Shown here in pieces: positions 1 to 11,243 of a stretch of DNA of 64,000 nt. Location: contig JBHGNT010000016.1 of NCBI GenBank assembly GCA_043228905.1, positions 13,516,001 through 13,580,000 on the forward strand. The letters are read 5' to 3'. This stretch comes from Azolla caroliniana (lineage: Eukaryota; Plantae; Polypodiophyta). Each line of letters begins with the position of its first letter. The stretch's first letter is position 1. The translations under genes and the position numbers were made by a program. The notes below the pieces were generated by a model. That model was not told the origin of the DNA. It ran no database searches and saw only the letters and a list, made by a program, of their open reading frames with translations.

Positions 1-3000
1 CTGGAATAACAACGATTCCAATGAAGAGGAGCCGGAGGACGAAGAATATTGGGGCAACCACCAGTATAATAAAGGAGGGCGTCGTTACGACAACCACCAT
101 TCGACGAACAGGCGTGGTGGAGTCAATGGGCCTCGCCTACAAGGAAAGCATCGAGAGTATAGGGACCAACGGCGTTACGAGGAAAGTTCTGATGATGACT
201 GGCGCCAGGAGTCACGCAGGGACCAACTGCAAACTCCCTGGAATTCCAGGAGAATGCAACAAGACCAGGAGGAGCCAACGACGCTTGGGGATAGGAATCC
301 ACCGCCAGCTGCAAAGAAAGGAGAGTCCAGCGTACATTTTTTTGTCTACCAACAACCCAGACATTATGCAACTCAATGTTCACTGTGTAAGGACAAAGGC
401 CAAACCGTAAATACGATAATGGTGGAAGTTCAACAGGTTACGACACGACAACAAACAAAGAATGTTGACTGGGCTGCAAAAGATGAGGTACGCAAAGCGG
501 CCCAAGCATGGGTGGAAAAAGCAAATGTGACAAATACGTCGCGTATGCGGTAGGAGTCTACAACCAATGTTGGGTCAATAGAAGAAAACATAATATCCCT
601 GGACCCCATATGGCAAGCACTGGCAGGCTGCGAAATAACCATGACTATGGAAAAACTCCTTCAACTAGTTCCACGATTTCAGTAGGCCGTAGAAACTAGC
701 CTCAGACCAACAATGGTGGATCACCACAATCCAGCCATTAAGCTAGTACTACACGGGCAGGAAATAACGGGCTGTATAATCGACGGGGCCTCGGGCGTTA
801 ATGTGATTACTGCAAAGACGTGTGAATAGTTAGGAATTTTGAGATGGGAAGCTTGCCCCTTTTGGCTTCGCCTGGCGGATACCCGATTTGTCAGGCCCTT
901 AGGGTTAATCCGGAAACTATGCATCATCATTGGCGGTCACCGCTTTGACATCTCGGCGGTAGTACTCGCACTCGACACTCCGGGAGTGTACCCAATACTA
1001 CTTGGTAGACCTTGGCTTTGCTCGGTGAACATCAAACAAAGCTGGCAACATAATTGTATCAGTTTCCGATGAGGACGCATCAAAGTTCGCGTACCTATAG
1101 AAGAAATGACAATGCAACCCAAAGGAATGACACCATTGTACATGGAGGACATAAATATGATGGAAGGAGTGGATGATACAGAGCTGGAAGCGTACCTAGA
1201 TGAGCACCCGGGAATCATCCTGCTATTCAAAATTGACATAATAGAAACCGCGGTGGAGTACGCTACTCCCACTACACTTCACGAAGAGGCTTATGAACCG
1301 AACCCAAAGTTGATACTAGAATTAAACCGAGCATGGGCCGCATTCGAGAAAGATATGGAAATTTCACGACAAGTCATTGCCTCATCGTTGGAAGAAGTTA
1401 ACGTAGGAACAACAACAGATCCCCGATTACTCTCCATCGCAAAAGACTTACTACTGGATTAGAAAGAGGTGATGTTAGCTCTGCTCAAGGAATATAAAGA
1501 TGTGTTCGCGTGGTCCCACGAAGACATGAAGGGATTAGATCCAAAATTCTACCAGCATAAGATCAATTTAGCTATCGACACGAAACTTGTTCAGCAGCGT
1601 CGATACCGAATGAATCCGAATTACGCAGCTCGCGTAAAAGAAGAAATTGACAAACTTCTCAATGCTAGATTCATTCGACCAGTCAAGCAAGCTATGGGGC
1701 TGAGCTCGATAGTTGTAGTTCCGAAGAAAAATGGAAAAATCCGCGTTTGCGTAGACCATCGGATATTGAACGTCGTAACTATTACAGATGCGTTTCCCTT
1801 ACCTTACACCGACAGCATATTAGACGCAGTCGTAGGGCATGACATGTACAATTTTTTAGAAGGCTTTAGTGGATACATTCAAGTATGCATGCATCCTGAC
1901 GACCAAGAGAAGACGATGTTTGTCACAGACTGGGGAGTTTATGTCACGGTAGTCATGATGTTCGGGTTAAAGACGACGCTTGCTACATTCCAACTGACAA
2001 TTATGGAAATTTTTGGGGATTACATACCCGCCTTCATGCAAGTCTTTCTGGACGATTTTGCGGTGTATGGGGCAACAACTGACCATCTAAGTCATTTATG
2101 ACTGTGTCTGGAGCGCTACTAGGTTGCACGCTTAAGCATGGATCCAGCCAAATGCGCGTTCGGCATCACAAGCGGAGCCCTTCTCGGCCACATCGTCAGC
2201 AAGGAGGAGATAACAGTGGATCCTAATAAAATTTCCACAATCATTCAAGAAAAAACGCCAACAACGGCCAAAGCACTTAGCCGTTTTCTAGGACAAATAC
2301 GATGGCATAGTTGCATGTTACGATATCGAGCAGATTTCGCCATGCCGTTACATGTCGTCGTCCACCGTACACCTTTCAACTAGATGACAATTGAAGAAAA
2401 TCCGTACGATGCGCTTAAAATAATGCTGACTCCAGCACCAGTCGTACAACCACCAGATTGGGGGAATCCATTTCACGTTTTTGTAGACGCTTCGGACATA
2501 GCAATCGGTAGTGCATTGATGCAACCCACGGAGACGAACTGGTACAAACCAGTATATTACACTAGTAGGAAGTTATCAAAGGCAGAGTGTAACTACTCCA
2601 CAATGGAACAAGAAGCACTGGGAATGATATACAACATCAATAAATTCTGACATTATCTATTGGGGCGGAAATTTATGTTTTACGTGGACCATACGGCGCT
2701 GCTGTACTTGGTGGGGAAGCAAGCGCTAACAGGAAAATTGGCTAGATGGATGTTGTTGCTCCAGAAGTTCGACTTTGTTATACAATATCAACCTAGTACG
2801 TAGCACAATGTAGCGGATTTCTTAAGCAGGATAGATAATGGAGAAATGGTGTGAAAGGATGACGATGACTTTCCTGATGCGGACATCTTGCGAATCGCAA
2901 ATATAGCGACATGTATAGAAATTTTTTTTCCCGATTATTGGTTGATGGAGATGACATTCTTTCTGACCACAGGATTACCACTGCCACAATTAAGGACGGA

Positions 3001-4230
3001 TGAAAAGAAACGATTGGCCGTCCGAAGTCATAATTTCTGTTTGGTCGAAGGGGTCTTGTATCACAAAGGCAATGACGGAATCTGGCGACACGGAATATGC
3101 CAGGATGAGAAGGAAGCGGTTTTACACGGAGCTCACTATGGTACGACAGGAGCACACTACGCGGGCAATGTTATGGCTCCTAAAGTCTGGCAAGCCGGCC
3201 TATGGTGGCCGACTACGCTAAAGGATGCGTATGAATATTGCAAACAATGCGACCTGTGTCAACGCATGGGCCAACCCACATAGGTCGCAAGGACTCCACA
3301 TCAACTAGTGTTGGATCCATTCTAGAAATTTCGTGGGGCCGTTTACACTGACGACAGCTTGGACTAGCAATAAATATATACTCGTGGCCACTGATTATTG
3401 CACCAAGTGGGTGGAAGCGAAAGCATTACGAGAAAATACCGTGGCATTGATGACGAAATTTCTTTACGAACACATCTAGTGTCGTTTTGGCTACCCTATC
3501 GAGCTCATCAGTGACCAAGGAAGCCACTTTCGGAATTTCGTCATCCGGGAGCTAACACAACACTATGCCGTTGTCCACAAGAAGAGCACACTGTATTATC
3601 CATAGGCAAATGGTTTAGCAGAGTCCACGAACAAAATGTTACAAACCATACTAAACAATATCGTCAATGAGAATAGAACAAACTGGGATACCAAATTACA
3701 CAGTGCGTTATGGGCGTACCGAACCAACTATAAGACTAGCATACAATCCATGCCTTTCCAACTAGCATTTGGGCTGGAGGCCGTAATGCCAGTCAAATTT
3801 TAGGTGCCCAGTTTGCGGATTCATGTAGGAGACCGACTATCAGAAGACAAATCCGAACAAATACGACTACAACAGCTGCTCAAACAAGGCGAGACACGAT
3901 TACAAAGCATGGCCATATTGGAACAAGAGCAGTGTCGGCGTAAAGCATTCGTGGACCGGCATTGAAATGCGCGTGAAAAAGATTTTGCGGTCGGCAAAGT
4001 GGTCCTAGTCTTTTAAACACGGATGGGGCAAATGCTAGGTAAATTAAGATTCCGCTGGACGGGGCCATACTGGATAATTGGCGCGGAAAAGGCACGTTTG
4101 AACTAGGCACCCTGGCCGGAGAACTGTTACGATAAAACATGAATGGGTTTCGACTAAAACCCTATCTAGGATTGGTGCCACCAAACCCGTTCCACACCGT
4201 AAATGACACGGCCAAAGAAACTGCAGATTA
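1..4230 (+). pseudogene. Gypsy gag-pol (zinc-knuckle remnant, protease, RT, RNase H, integrase) with many stops and frameshifts
   Basis: IIDGASG...LLGRPWL (protease); KKNGKIRVCVD, FLDDF (RT); FVDASDIAIG (RNase H); H..H..CxxC in 2888-3283; ISDQGSHF integrase core. Confidence 0.95.
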
Positions 4231-4393
4231 ATTAAAGGGACCCACTTGTATTATAGTGTAACAATCTGTATTATAGCGTAATAGTAATATTGTATTTAAC
4301 CGTTAGAGAAAAAGAGAAGATAGTGACGCTATTAAAAGGACTTGATGCATGCACACACTTCTAGAGCAAGAACACGCGGCACCACGATGGCCC

Positions 4394-4955
4394 TGTTAAC
4401 GATCTATGTATCGATGGAGTAGGCTCCTCGATGTCGTAGCGGGATTCGAACCGGCGTATACCCTCTTGATGGCGAATCGGTCGGAGGTGGTTGTCGGACA
4501 CCTCCGAGCCTCACACTCACTTAACAACTAATAGATGATTATTAGGCACAATATCTCTCTCACTCTCTCAAGCTCACTCTCATAAAGAATGGGGTAATGA
4601 ATGTAGACAACAAGATTAATGAATATATTTATTAACCCTCTTCGCTATGAGGTCTAGCACCAACAAAGGAGAAATTAGTGTTCTCTAACTAAACACTTCA
4701 CTAATCTCTCTTAAGCTTAAAGGTTACAAGAAAGAGTAGAGGAAGCTTCTAGCTCTTAATCACTTAGGAGATCTTTACAAATGGGAGAACCCTTACAAAG
4801 CCACTACTATGTGGTTTATATAGTTTTCATGTTTAGGGTATAGGCCTATCACACTTGGACGTCTCTTTGCTTCTTTTCCTCTTGTTGTTTCCTCTATGTC
4901 CTTGTTGATGCGCTCTTATTCGTGGTTGGTTGTGTTGTTATCCTAGCGCTTAACA
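4394..4955 (-). repeat. 3' LTR of element B
   Basis: Near-identical to 16712-17260; TG...CA ends; adjacent minus-strand PPT GGTTGGGGGGCA at ~4956-4967. Confidence 0.95.
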
Positions 4956-5058
4956 TGCCCCCCAACCTAATGAGTACACACTCCCGGGTGCATTGTGGGA
5001 TGGGAGCATCAGGGGTGAGTAGGATTGAGTAGGGGGGTTCCTTGGGGGGTGGGTGGCG

Positions 5059-8000
5059 TCAGAGATGATGGCGAAGACAACGGATGTTCAGTGGTGGTAG
5101 CCGGATTTCCTGCAGTTCGTCGGTTGTCGTGAAGAAATCTTTCGTGGGGCTGGTGAGCCAAGTGCAGGTGTTGTGGCTGGCTAAGGGAGAAGGGAGGTTT
5201 CGACTAAAGCTTATGTAAGCGAGGAAAAAACGCGTGTCAATCATGGTTTCAAAATTCCGTTTGTAGGTGGCGGGGAGTACGTTGACGCGGGGGTCTAAAG
5301 ACCGACCGGTTGGCGGCGAGTTGGACCTTTATTAAAATCAAAGGCGAGGCCCCACGTTGGGTGGTTGTGCTATTGGAAGGGGGGGGCTTCCTACGGGCAA
5401 GGGTCAAGGAGGATGAGTAGGAGTTGTAGAAAGCGAAGGCTAGCTTGAATGTCGGGGTCCGGGACATCGAGGTATGTATGTAGGAATCTTCGCATGACCC
5501 GGATCATGTCGGGTTCAGTCGGGGATGTGTGAGGGGGTTGGGGGAACAACAACTACTTGAATTGAAGAGTGTGTAGGCATGCTTGGGCGGCTCGAAAGTC
5601 GTGCCATGGCCAACGACGAGGGACGGGAAAAAAGGTGGGGCTGGTGCGCAGCTCGGGGGGGTGGAGGGCGAGCCATTTGGGGAAGGATGTGTGTGTGAAC
5701 CAAGGGATACGCCACAAGGGTTGGATGCCAGCTGGTTCGAGGAGGGGGTCGACGATGGGGTGGTGCCATCCTCGAGTGGGGGTTGGGTTTGCGGCCGCCC
5801 AAGTAGACATCTTATCACGGTAAATATGGGGGTAAAGGAAGATGTCGACTTGGGGTTCAAAGGCGACTTCGGGGCGGGTGGGGAGTAGGGGGGTCTCGAA
5901 GAAGTCGAACTCCCAGGGGATGGGGGCGGCAGATTGATTATCAAGGCGAATGTCCCAACCGGTACCGCTTTCAATGCAATCAAGGGCAGTTTGGAGGCCG
6001 TGGGTGAGTTTGTAACGATCGACCAAATTAGCATAGAAGGCCGCAACGTTGAATCGGGCGCTCGGGGCATGGAGTAGAGGAGGTGTAGTGAAGATGGGGG
6101 GGGGGGGGGGGGGGTAGTTGTTGGTGGAGCATGAGGTGGACGAGGGGGTGGTTGAAAGGGAGAGTTTTGCGGAGGATGGCCTCCGTGAATGTCCGACCAG
6201 GGTGGGTGACGACCCGTGTGTGGAAGGGAAAGGGGTGGGCCGAGGGGGGTGTGCGAAAGGGGTTGTCACCGAACATGGGGTGTGTGTGGTCGGGGACATG
6301 GTGTTTGGTAAGGTGAGGGTGTGGAGTTGAGTGCCGGGGGGAGGGGGGAGGTGGGCTTGTAGGTGGGGGAGGCGATGGGGGTCGGGGGGGGTCGGGGGGG
6401 GTGCTTGGAGGCGGTGGGGAGGGAGGGTGAGGGCGAGGAGGCGGCTGGGGTGTCAGGTTCATCAGGTATGAGGGCACGAGCACGAGCCTCATCAAAGATC
6501 ATGAGTTGATACTCGCGAGAGACGTCGAGGTATAGGGCTAATTCTAGTATGTCATCAGCCTCGAGGTTGGTGGGCTAGTTGAATGTGGCGTATTCGATGT
6601 TGAATATGTGAGTACGAACCCCGACGTCCCAGGCGGTTTGCGAAGTGCGTATTAGCCAGAGGAAGCCGAAAGGGGGTAAAGAGGTTGTAGTGTTCTCCAA
6701 CAGGGTGCGGGTGAGAGTTTTGGCGATGTGGTGTAAGCGCACTAGTGTTGCGAAGAGGTGGGCTAGCTAGTCTTCGGTGACTTGCATTGTGACATCAGAA
6801 GGGTAGGTGAAATAGATCAGGTCAGAGATGTCTAAGTCGGGGGTGAGGGTGGTGTGAAGGTAGGCCATACCTTTGAGGAACAAAATAGGGAGATGCTGGG
6901 AGAAGAGGTCGCCGACTTGGGGAGAAGGTTCTTCGGTGGCTTCCTAGTACAACATGAAGAGGGCAAGAGCGTGGTTGTCTTCAGGGAGTGCTCAAATGAT
7001 GATCTGCCGGTCTGGGGGTGTGGCGTCGTCAAAGAATACGTGACACGTGGTGGCCAACGACCGAAGGACGCACGTGGCTTGGATGAGGAGGGTACGCGGT
7101 GTACGTGGTACAGTGAAAAGTTTGGAGAGCAGGGATGTTGAGGTCACGTACACCGAGAGTGCCTGAATCATATTTGGAGAGCAGGGATGTCGAGGTCACG
7201 TACACCGAGAGAGCCTGAATCATATTCGGACGGTCGGGGTTGTGGGCGATGGCTGGTTGGGGTTTTAGTGTCTGGAGAGTTGTGGCGGGCGAGTTTATGG
7301 GGTTGAGGTTGCGGGGTGTCGTCGGTGGTGGTGGGCGGGAAAGGCTGGGTAGTTGTGGCTGGGGTGTGGAGTGAGGGTTCTCGGGGTAGAGGGGTTGGCA
7401 GGTTCCGTTGGTCACGCAAGATTGACTCGGTTGTGCAGCTGTAGGTACGCGGGGTCATGGTTGTGTTCTGATGTGACACATAGTGGAAGGTAGTGGACAA
7501 GGCCTGGATTTCAGTGAGGGTGAACACGTGTGTCTGGAATTCCTTGACACGATTGGTGATATCCTCAAGGGTGTCGAGGTTAGCTTTGGCTGACATGTGG
7601 TTGATCAGGGGTTGTTTGTGCGTCGGTGGTCGTTCCCGTTCGCCTTAGTGTACCTGTCTTAAGAAGTCGCGTTCGGGGAGGCAAAGGCGCTCAGGTTGGC
7701 CTAGTACAATTATCTGGCAGCGTATGAAGGGAGGGGCGTGGGGTCCAATGCTGAACTTTGCGCACAAGTAGCGGGTGAGGAACCACGCAAAATTGACCGT
7801 CGATTTGGGCCTTGTGTGCCATTCTCAGACCCAGCGGACAAGCTCATGAGCCAATTGGACCGGTTGCGGATCATGTGCCCAGTTGAGGTACTCTCCTGTC
7901 ATACGGGCGGTGGCATCGGTAGATGCGGTGTCGCCGATTTGGGCAATTGTGCTACAACAATCGTGGAGATGGAGAGGGATTTCGGTGTAACGCAACCTTC

Positions 8001-8438
8001 ACGTCTTGAATATTCAGCGTAGGCGGCAAGAATGATGCCAGGGAGAACCCCAGGGGTCCTCATGGTGCGGAAGGGGATGCCATCAAGTGGTAAATGTAGC
8101 GTAGCGCAAATGTCTGCCGCAGTGAACTGGAATGCGACGAGGGGGAGAACCGCGAAAGCCTACATATCGACGTGGCTTGTGTTGGGGTTGTACCCGGTGA
8201 GGAAGCGGTTGACTAGCTCGGGTAGGACGCCCCACGGCCCGATCTAGAGGAAGAACTTGAGGCCAAGTTGTGAGAAGGTGGCCAACACGTCAAGTTTGAG
8301 GTACTTGAGCTGCGTTGCGGCCGTGCGGACCTAGTAAGTACATCGGGTGTTGTTGAACACTGCTCGAATGATTAAGGAACCGAACCCTGCGTCGGGGTAG
8401 TATGCATGGAGGAGTTTGATGAGTTGAGGAGATGTCAT
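5059..8438 (-). pseudogene. Long degenerate accessory ORF of element B; N-terminus resembles plant-transposon/Athila ORF2-type domains, followed by Pro-rich and unknown segments
   Basis: Manual translation from ATG 8438: MTSPQLIKLL...LPELVNRFLTGYN...FQFTAADICATLHLPLDG with isolated stops; continues into ORFs 7168-7596, 5553-6299 and 5249-5467. Confidence 0.55.
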
Positions 8439-8543
8439 CGTTTGCGACCTGCGGGGAAAAGATTGGTATAGTTAAATTCGGTGACGAATCCGAATTGGCG
8501 GGGTGGGGGAATTTGGGTTCGGAAGGGTAGAGGGAAGGATATT

Positions 8544-9150
8544 GTTCGAGGGGTGAGGCCCCTCGAATATGTGTGGTTCGAGGGGTTAGGCTCCTCGAAT
8601 ATGTGTGGTTCGAGGAGTTAGGCTCCTCGAATATGTGTGGTTCGAGGAGTTGGGCTCCTCGGACATGTGCGGTTCGAGGAGTTGGGCTCCTCAGACAATG
8701 TGCAGTTCAAGGAGTTGGGCTCCTCGGACATGTCTGGTTCGAGGAGGTAGGCTACTCGAACAATGTGTGGTTCTAGGAGGTAAGCTGCTCGAACAATGTG
8801 CGGTCAAGGAGTTGGGCTCCTCAGACATGTGCGGTTCGAGGAGTTAGGCTCCTCGAACAATGTGTTTTATTTATTATTTTCCTTCAATTCTTGTTGTTTA
8901 ATTTATTTACTTTACTTTTTATAAAACTACTATGTACAAATTAATCTTATGTGATTTTCCCTCATTGCCTGTTTTTGGGAGGTAAGATATTAATGTCTTT
9001 TTTGAGGTGCTATCTATTTATTTATTATGTCCAATTATCCTACCTCCTCGAACAATGTGCGGTTCGAGGGGTTAGGCTCCTCGAACAATGTGCAGTTCGA
9101 GGAGTTAGGCTCCTCGAACACAGTGGGGTTCGAGGAGTTACGCTCGTCGA
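8544..9150. repeat. 32-33 bp minisatellite in which every unit is a hairpin (TTCGAGGAG-TTAGG-CTCCTCGAA); about 10 units at 8544-8860 and 3 at 9043-9150
   Basis: Direct reading of the tandem units. Confidence 0.9.
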
Positions 9151-9654
9151 ACACGCGGGAACGGAAAACGACGAGGCGGAGTGGTCTGTTAACAGCAAGC
9201 GATGTGGGGGGAGTGAAAATGACAGGGTTTCCGTCATGGCCGCCTCGGGGGGAACGAAAAACGACGAGGGTGTGGCCCATTAACGACCAGCGACATGAGG
9301 AGGGGAGGCAACGACGTGGCGGTAGCTATGGCCACCACGGGGGGGAACGAAAAACGACGGGGCTGTGTGGCCCGTTATGGGCCAGCAACAGGAGGAGGGG
9401 AGGCAGTGATGTGGTGACGGCTATGGCCACCACCGGGGGGGGACGAAAAAGGGTGGGGCTGTGTGGCCCATTATGGTCCGGCACCATGGCCGCCACAAAG
9501 GAGCAAAGTGTAGGTAAGGGATTCGTGTGGCGAAACAAGAGGGAAGAGGGAAGGTCTACCCGAGGCGTGGGTAAGCAGGGTGTGGAGGAGACGAGGCGGC
9601 AACTGGGGCAGGCGACTGATGGTGTAGGAACAGAAAGAGAGAGAGGGGGTGGGT

Positions 9655-9685
9655 AGAGAAAAGAAGAAGAAAGAAGAAGAAGAAA

Positions 9686-9717
<32 letters not shown>

Positions 9718-9903
9718 ATAGAAAATAAAATCATAAAATCATAAATAATAATAATAATAATAATAAAATCATAAAATCATAAATAATAATAATAATAATA
9801 AGCATAAAAAATAAAAATAGAAGATAATATAATAATAATAATAATAGAAATTAAAAATAAGAAAAAATAAAAATATTAAAAATAAAAATAATAAAAAATA
9901 AAC
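9655..9903. repeat. A-rich/(AAT)n low-complexity tract
   Basis: Runs of aat/aaat. Confidence 0.9.
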
Positions 9904-10147
9904 CAAGGCAACGAGGGGACAACCAAAGGGAACGTGACGCCGTGAGGGCAAGGAGCAATCGAAGAAAAAGATTCGAATACCAACGATAATTAAGAAACTG
10001 TGAGGTGGTTAAGGTTGGCATGCGGGCGGAGGGGGTGAATGTGGGGGGAGGTTCCTGGCCCATGACGTTTAAGGACCCAAACCTGCGACATGTTTGTTAA
10101 GGGGATGGGGAGGATTTGTGAAGCGTTTCTATGGGGTGTTCGGCCTC

Positions 10148-11225
10148 TCAGTTGTTTAGGCTTGTCGAATTTTTTGGCTTTAACTTGGACGGGATATCGG
10201 ACTGATGTGTGTGATTTTCGGGTGTCCCATGCGGGCGTGGTATGATCATGACTGGGGAGCCGGCTTCATTTCGGAACCCAAAAGCTAGTAGCGCCTTTGT
10301 GCCAACCTTGTGCGGTTGTGAGTGTCTTTTTGACTCGTCAAATGGCAGGTTCTCCATAGCGCCGTCCATTAGCAAAAACCGCATGGATGTTCACCCATTC
10401 CCGTGGTTTGGGTGTCTGCATTCGGATGTTAGCGTCGCGTTGGTCCTGGATGGCCGGTGGGTGTTGGCATTCTGTTTGATTGAGCAACTCCGCACCTTGG
10501 GGTTCATCGAGGTCCCATGCAGGGCTGGTCCGATCCCGAGCGGGGAGCCGGTTTCGTTTCGGGACCTAGAAGCTAGTGGTGCCATTGTGCCAACCCTATG
10601 CGGTTGTGATTATTTTTCTGACTCGCCACACAACACGTTCTTCGCAACGTGGTTTGTCAACGAAAACTACGTGGACGTTCACCCATTCTCGTGGTTTGGG
10701 TGTTCATGTTCTAATGTTAGTGTTGCGCTGGTCATGGGCGGCCGGTGAGTGTTGGCGTGCTGTTTGTTTGGGCAACTCCACACTTTGGGGGTCATCGAGG
10801 TCAGCGGAGTGTGATTTGAGTGTTGTTGCGACGAGGTCCTCGGACTTCAGTCCATCTCCCATTTGGAAGGAGACGATGTGTTTGTTGGGTGATAGGAGAC
10901 ATTTGCTTATGCGACACCAATCTAAACCGAGGAGGCATTGTGCGCACATCACTCCGGGCGGGAGTACCCGAACTTCGATTGGGTGAGCGTTGTATTCTGT
11001 CTTGATGTTACACACGAAAGTTCCCAGGCAACATGATGTGGAACCATCGAAGCCACGAATGTTTTCATTGCACACTTAGAGGTCTGGGCAACCTAGACGT
11101 TCCCATGTTTCGATGGAGAAAAGGGTTAGTGATGCTCCTGTGTCAATTACCGCCGTCAAAAGCATGTCGTCGACGCAACATCGTAGTTGTATTGTTCCGT
11201 CATTAGAGTTGACCGCCTTAGACAT
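10148..11225 (-). pseudogene. Second retropepsin-like aspartic protease ORF downstream of integrase, with a duplicated ~290-bp C-terminal segment
   Basis: ATG 11225: MSKAVNSNDGTIQLRCCVDDMLLTAVIDTGASLTLFSIETWERLG...*...IRGFDGS...CLLGLDWC; single TAA at 11076-11078. Confidence 0.8.
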
Positions 11226-11243
11226 GGTTGTCGGATGCGTGTG

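Noticed and set aside
5504-6502. Extensin-like proline-rich host gene
   Set aside because: Lies inside LTR element B; Pro-richness in several frames reflects C-rich strand skew.
8544-9150. CRISPR array (palindromic repeats at regular spacing)
   Set aside because: Units are head-to-tail with only short, near-identical linkers, there are no unique spacers or cas genes, and the context is a eukaryotic retrotransposon.
9027-10063. ORFs 9027-9656, 9471-9734 and 9769-9951
   Set aside because: Derived from repeats and low-complexity DNA; no recognisable motifs.
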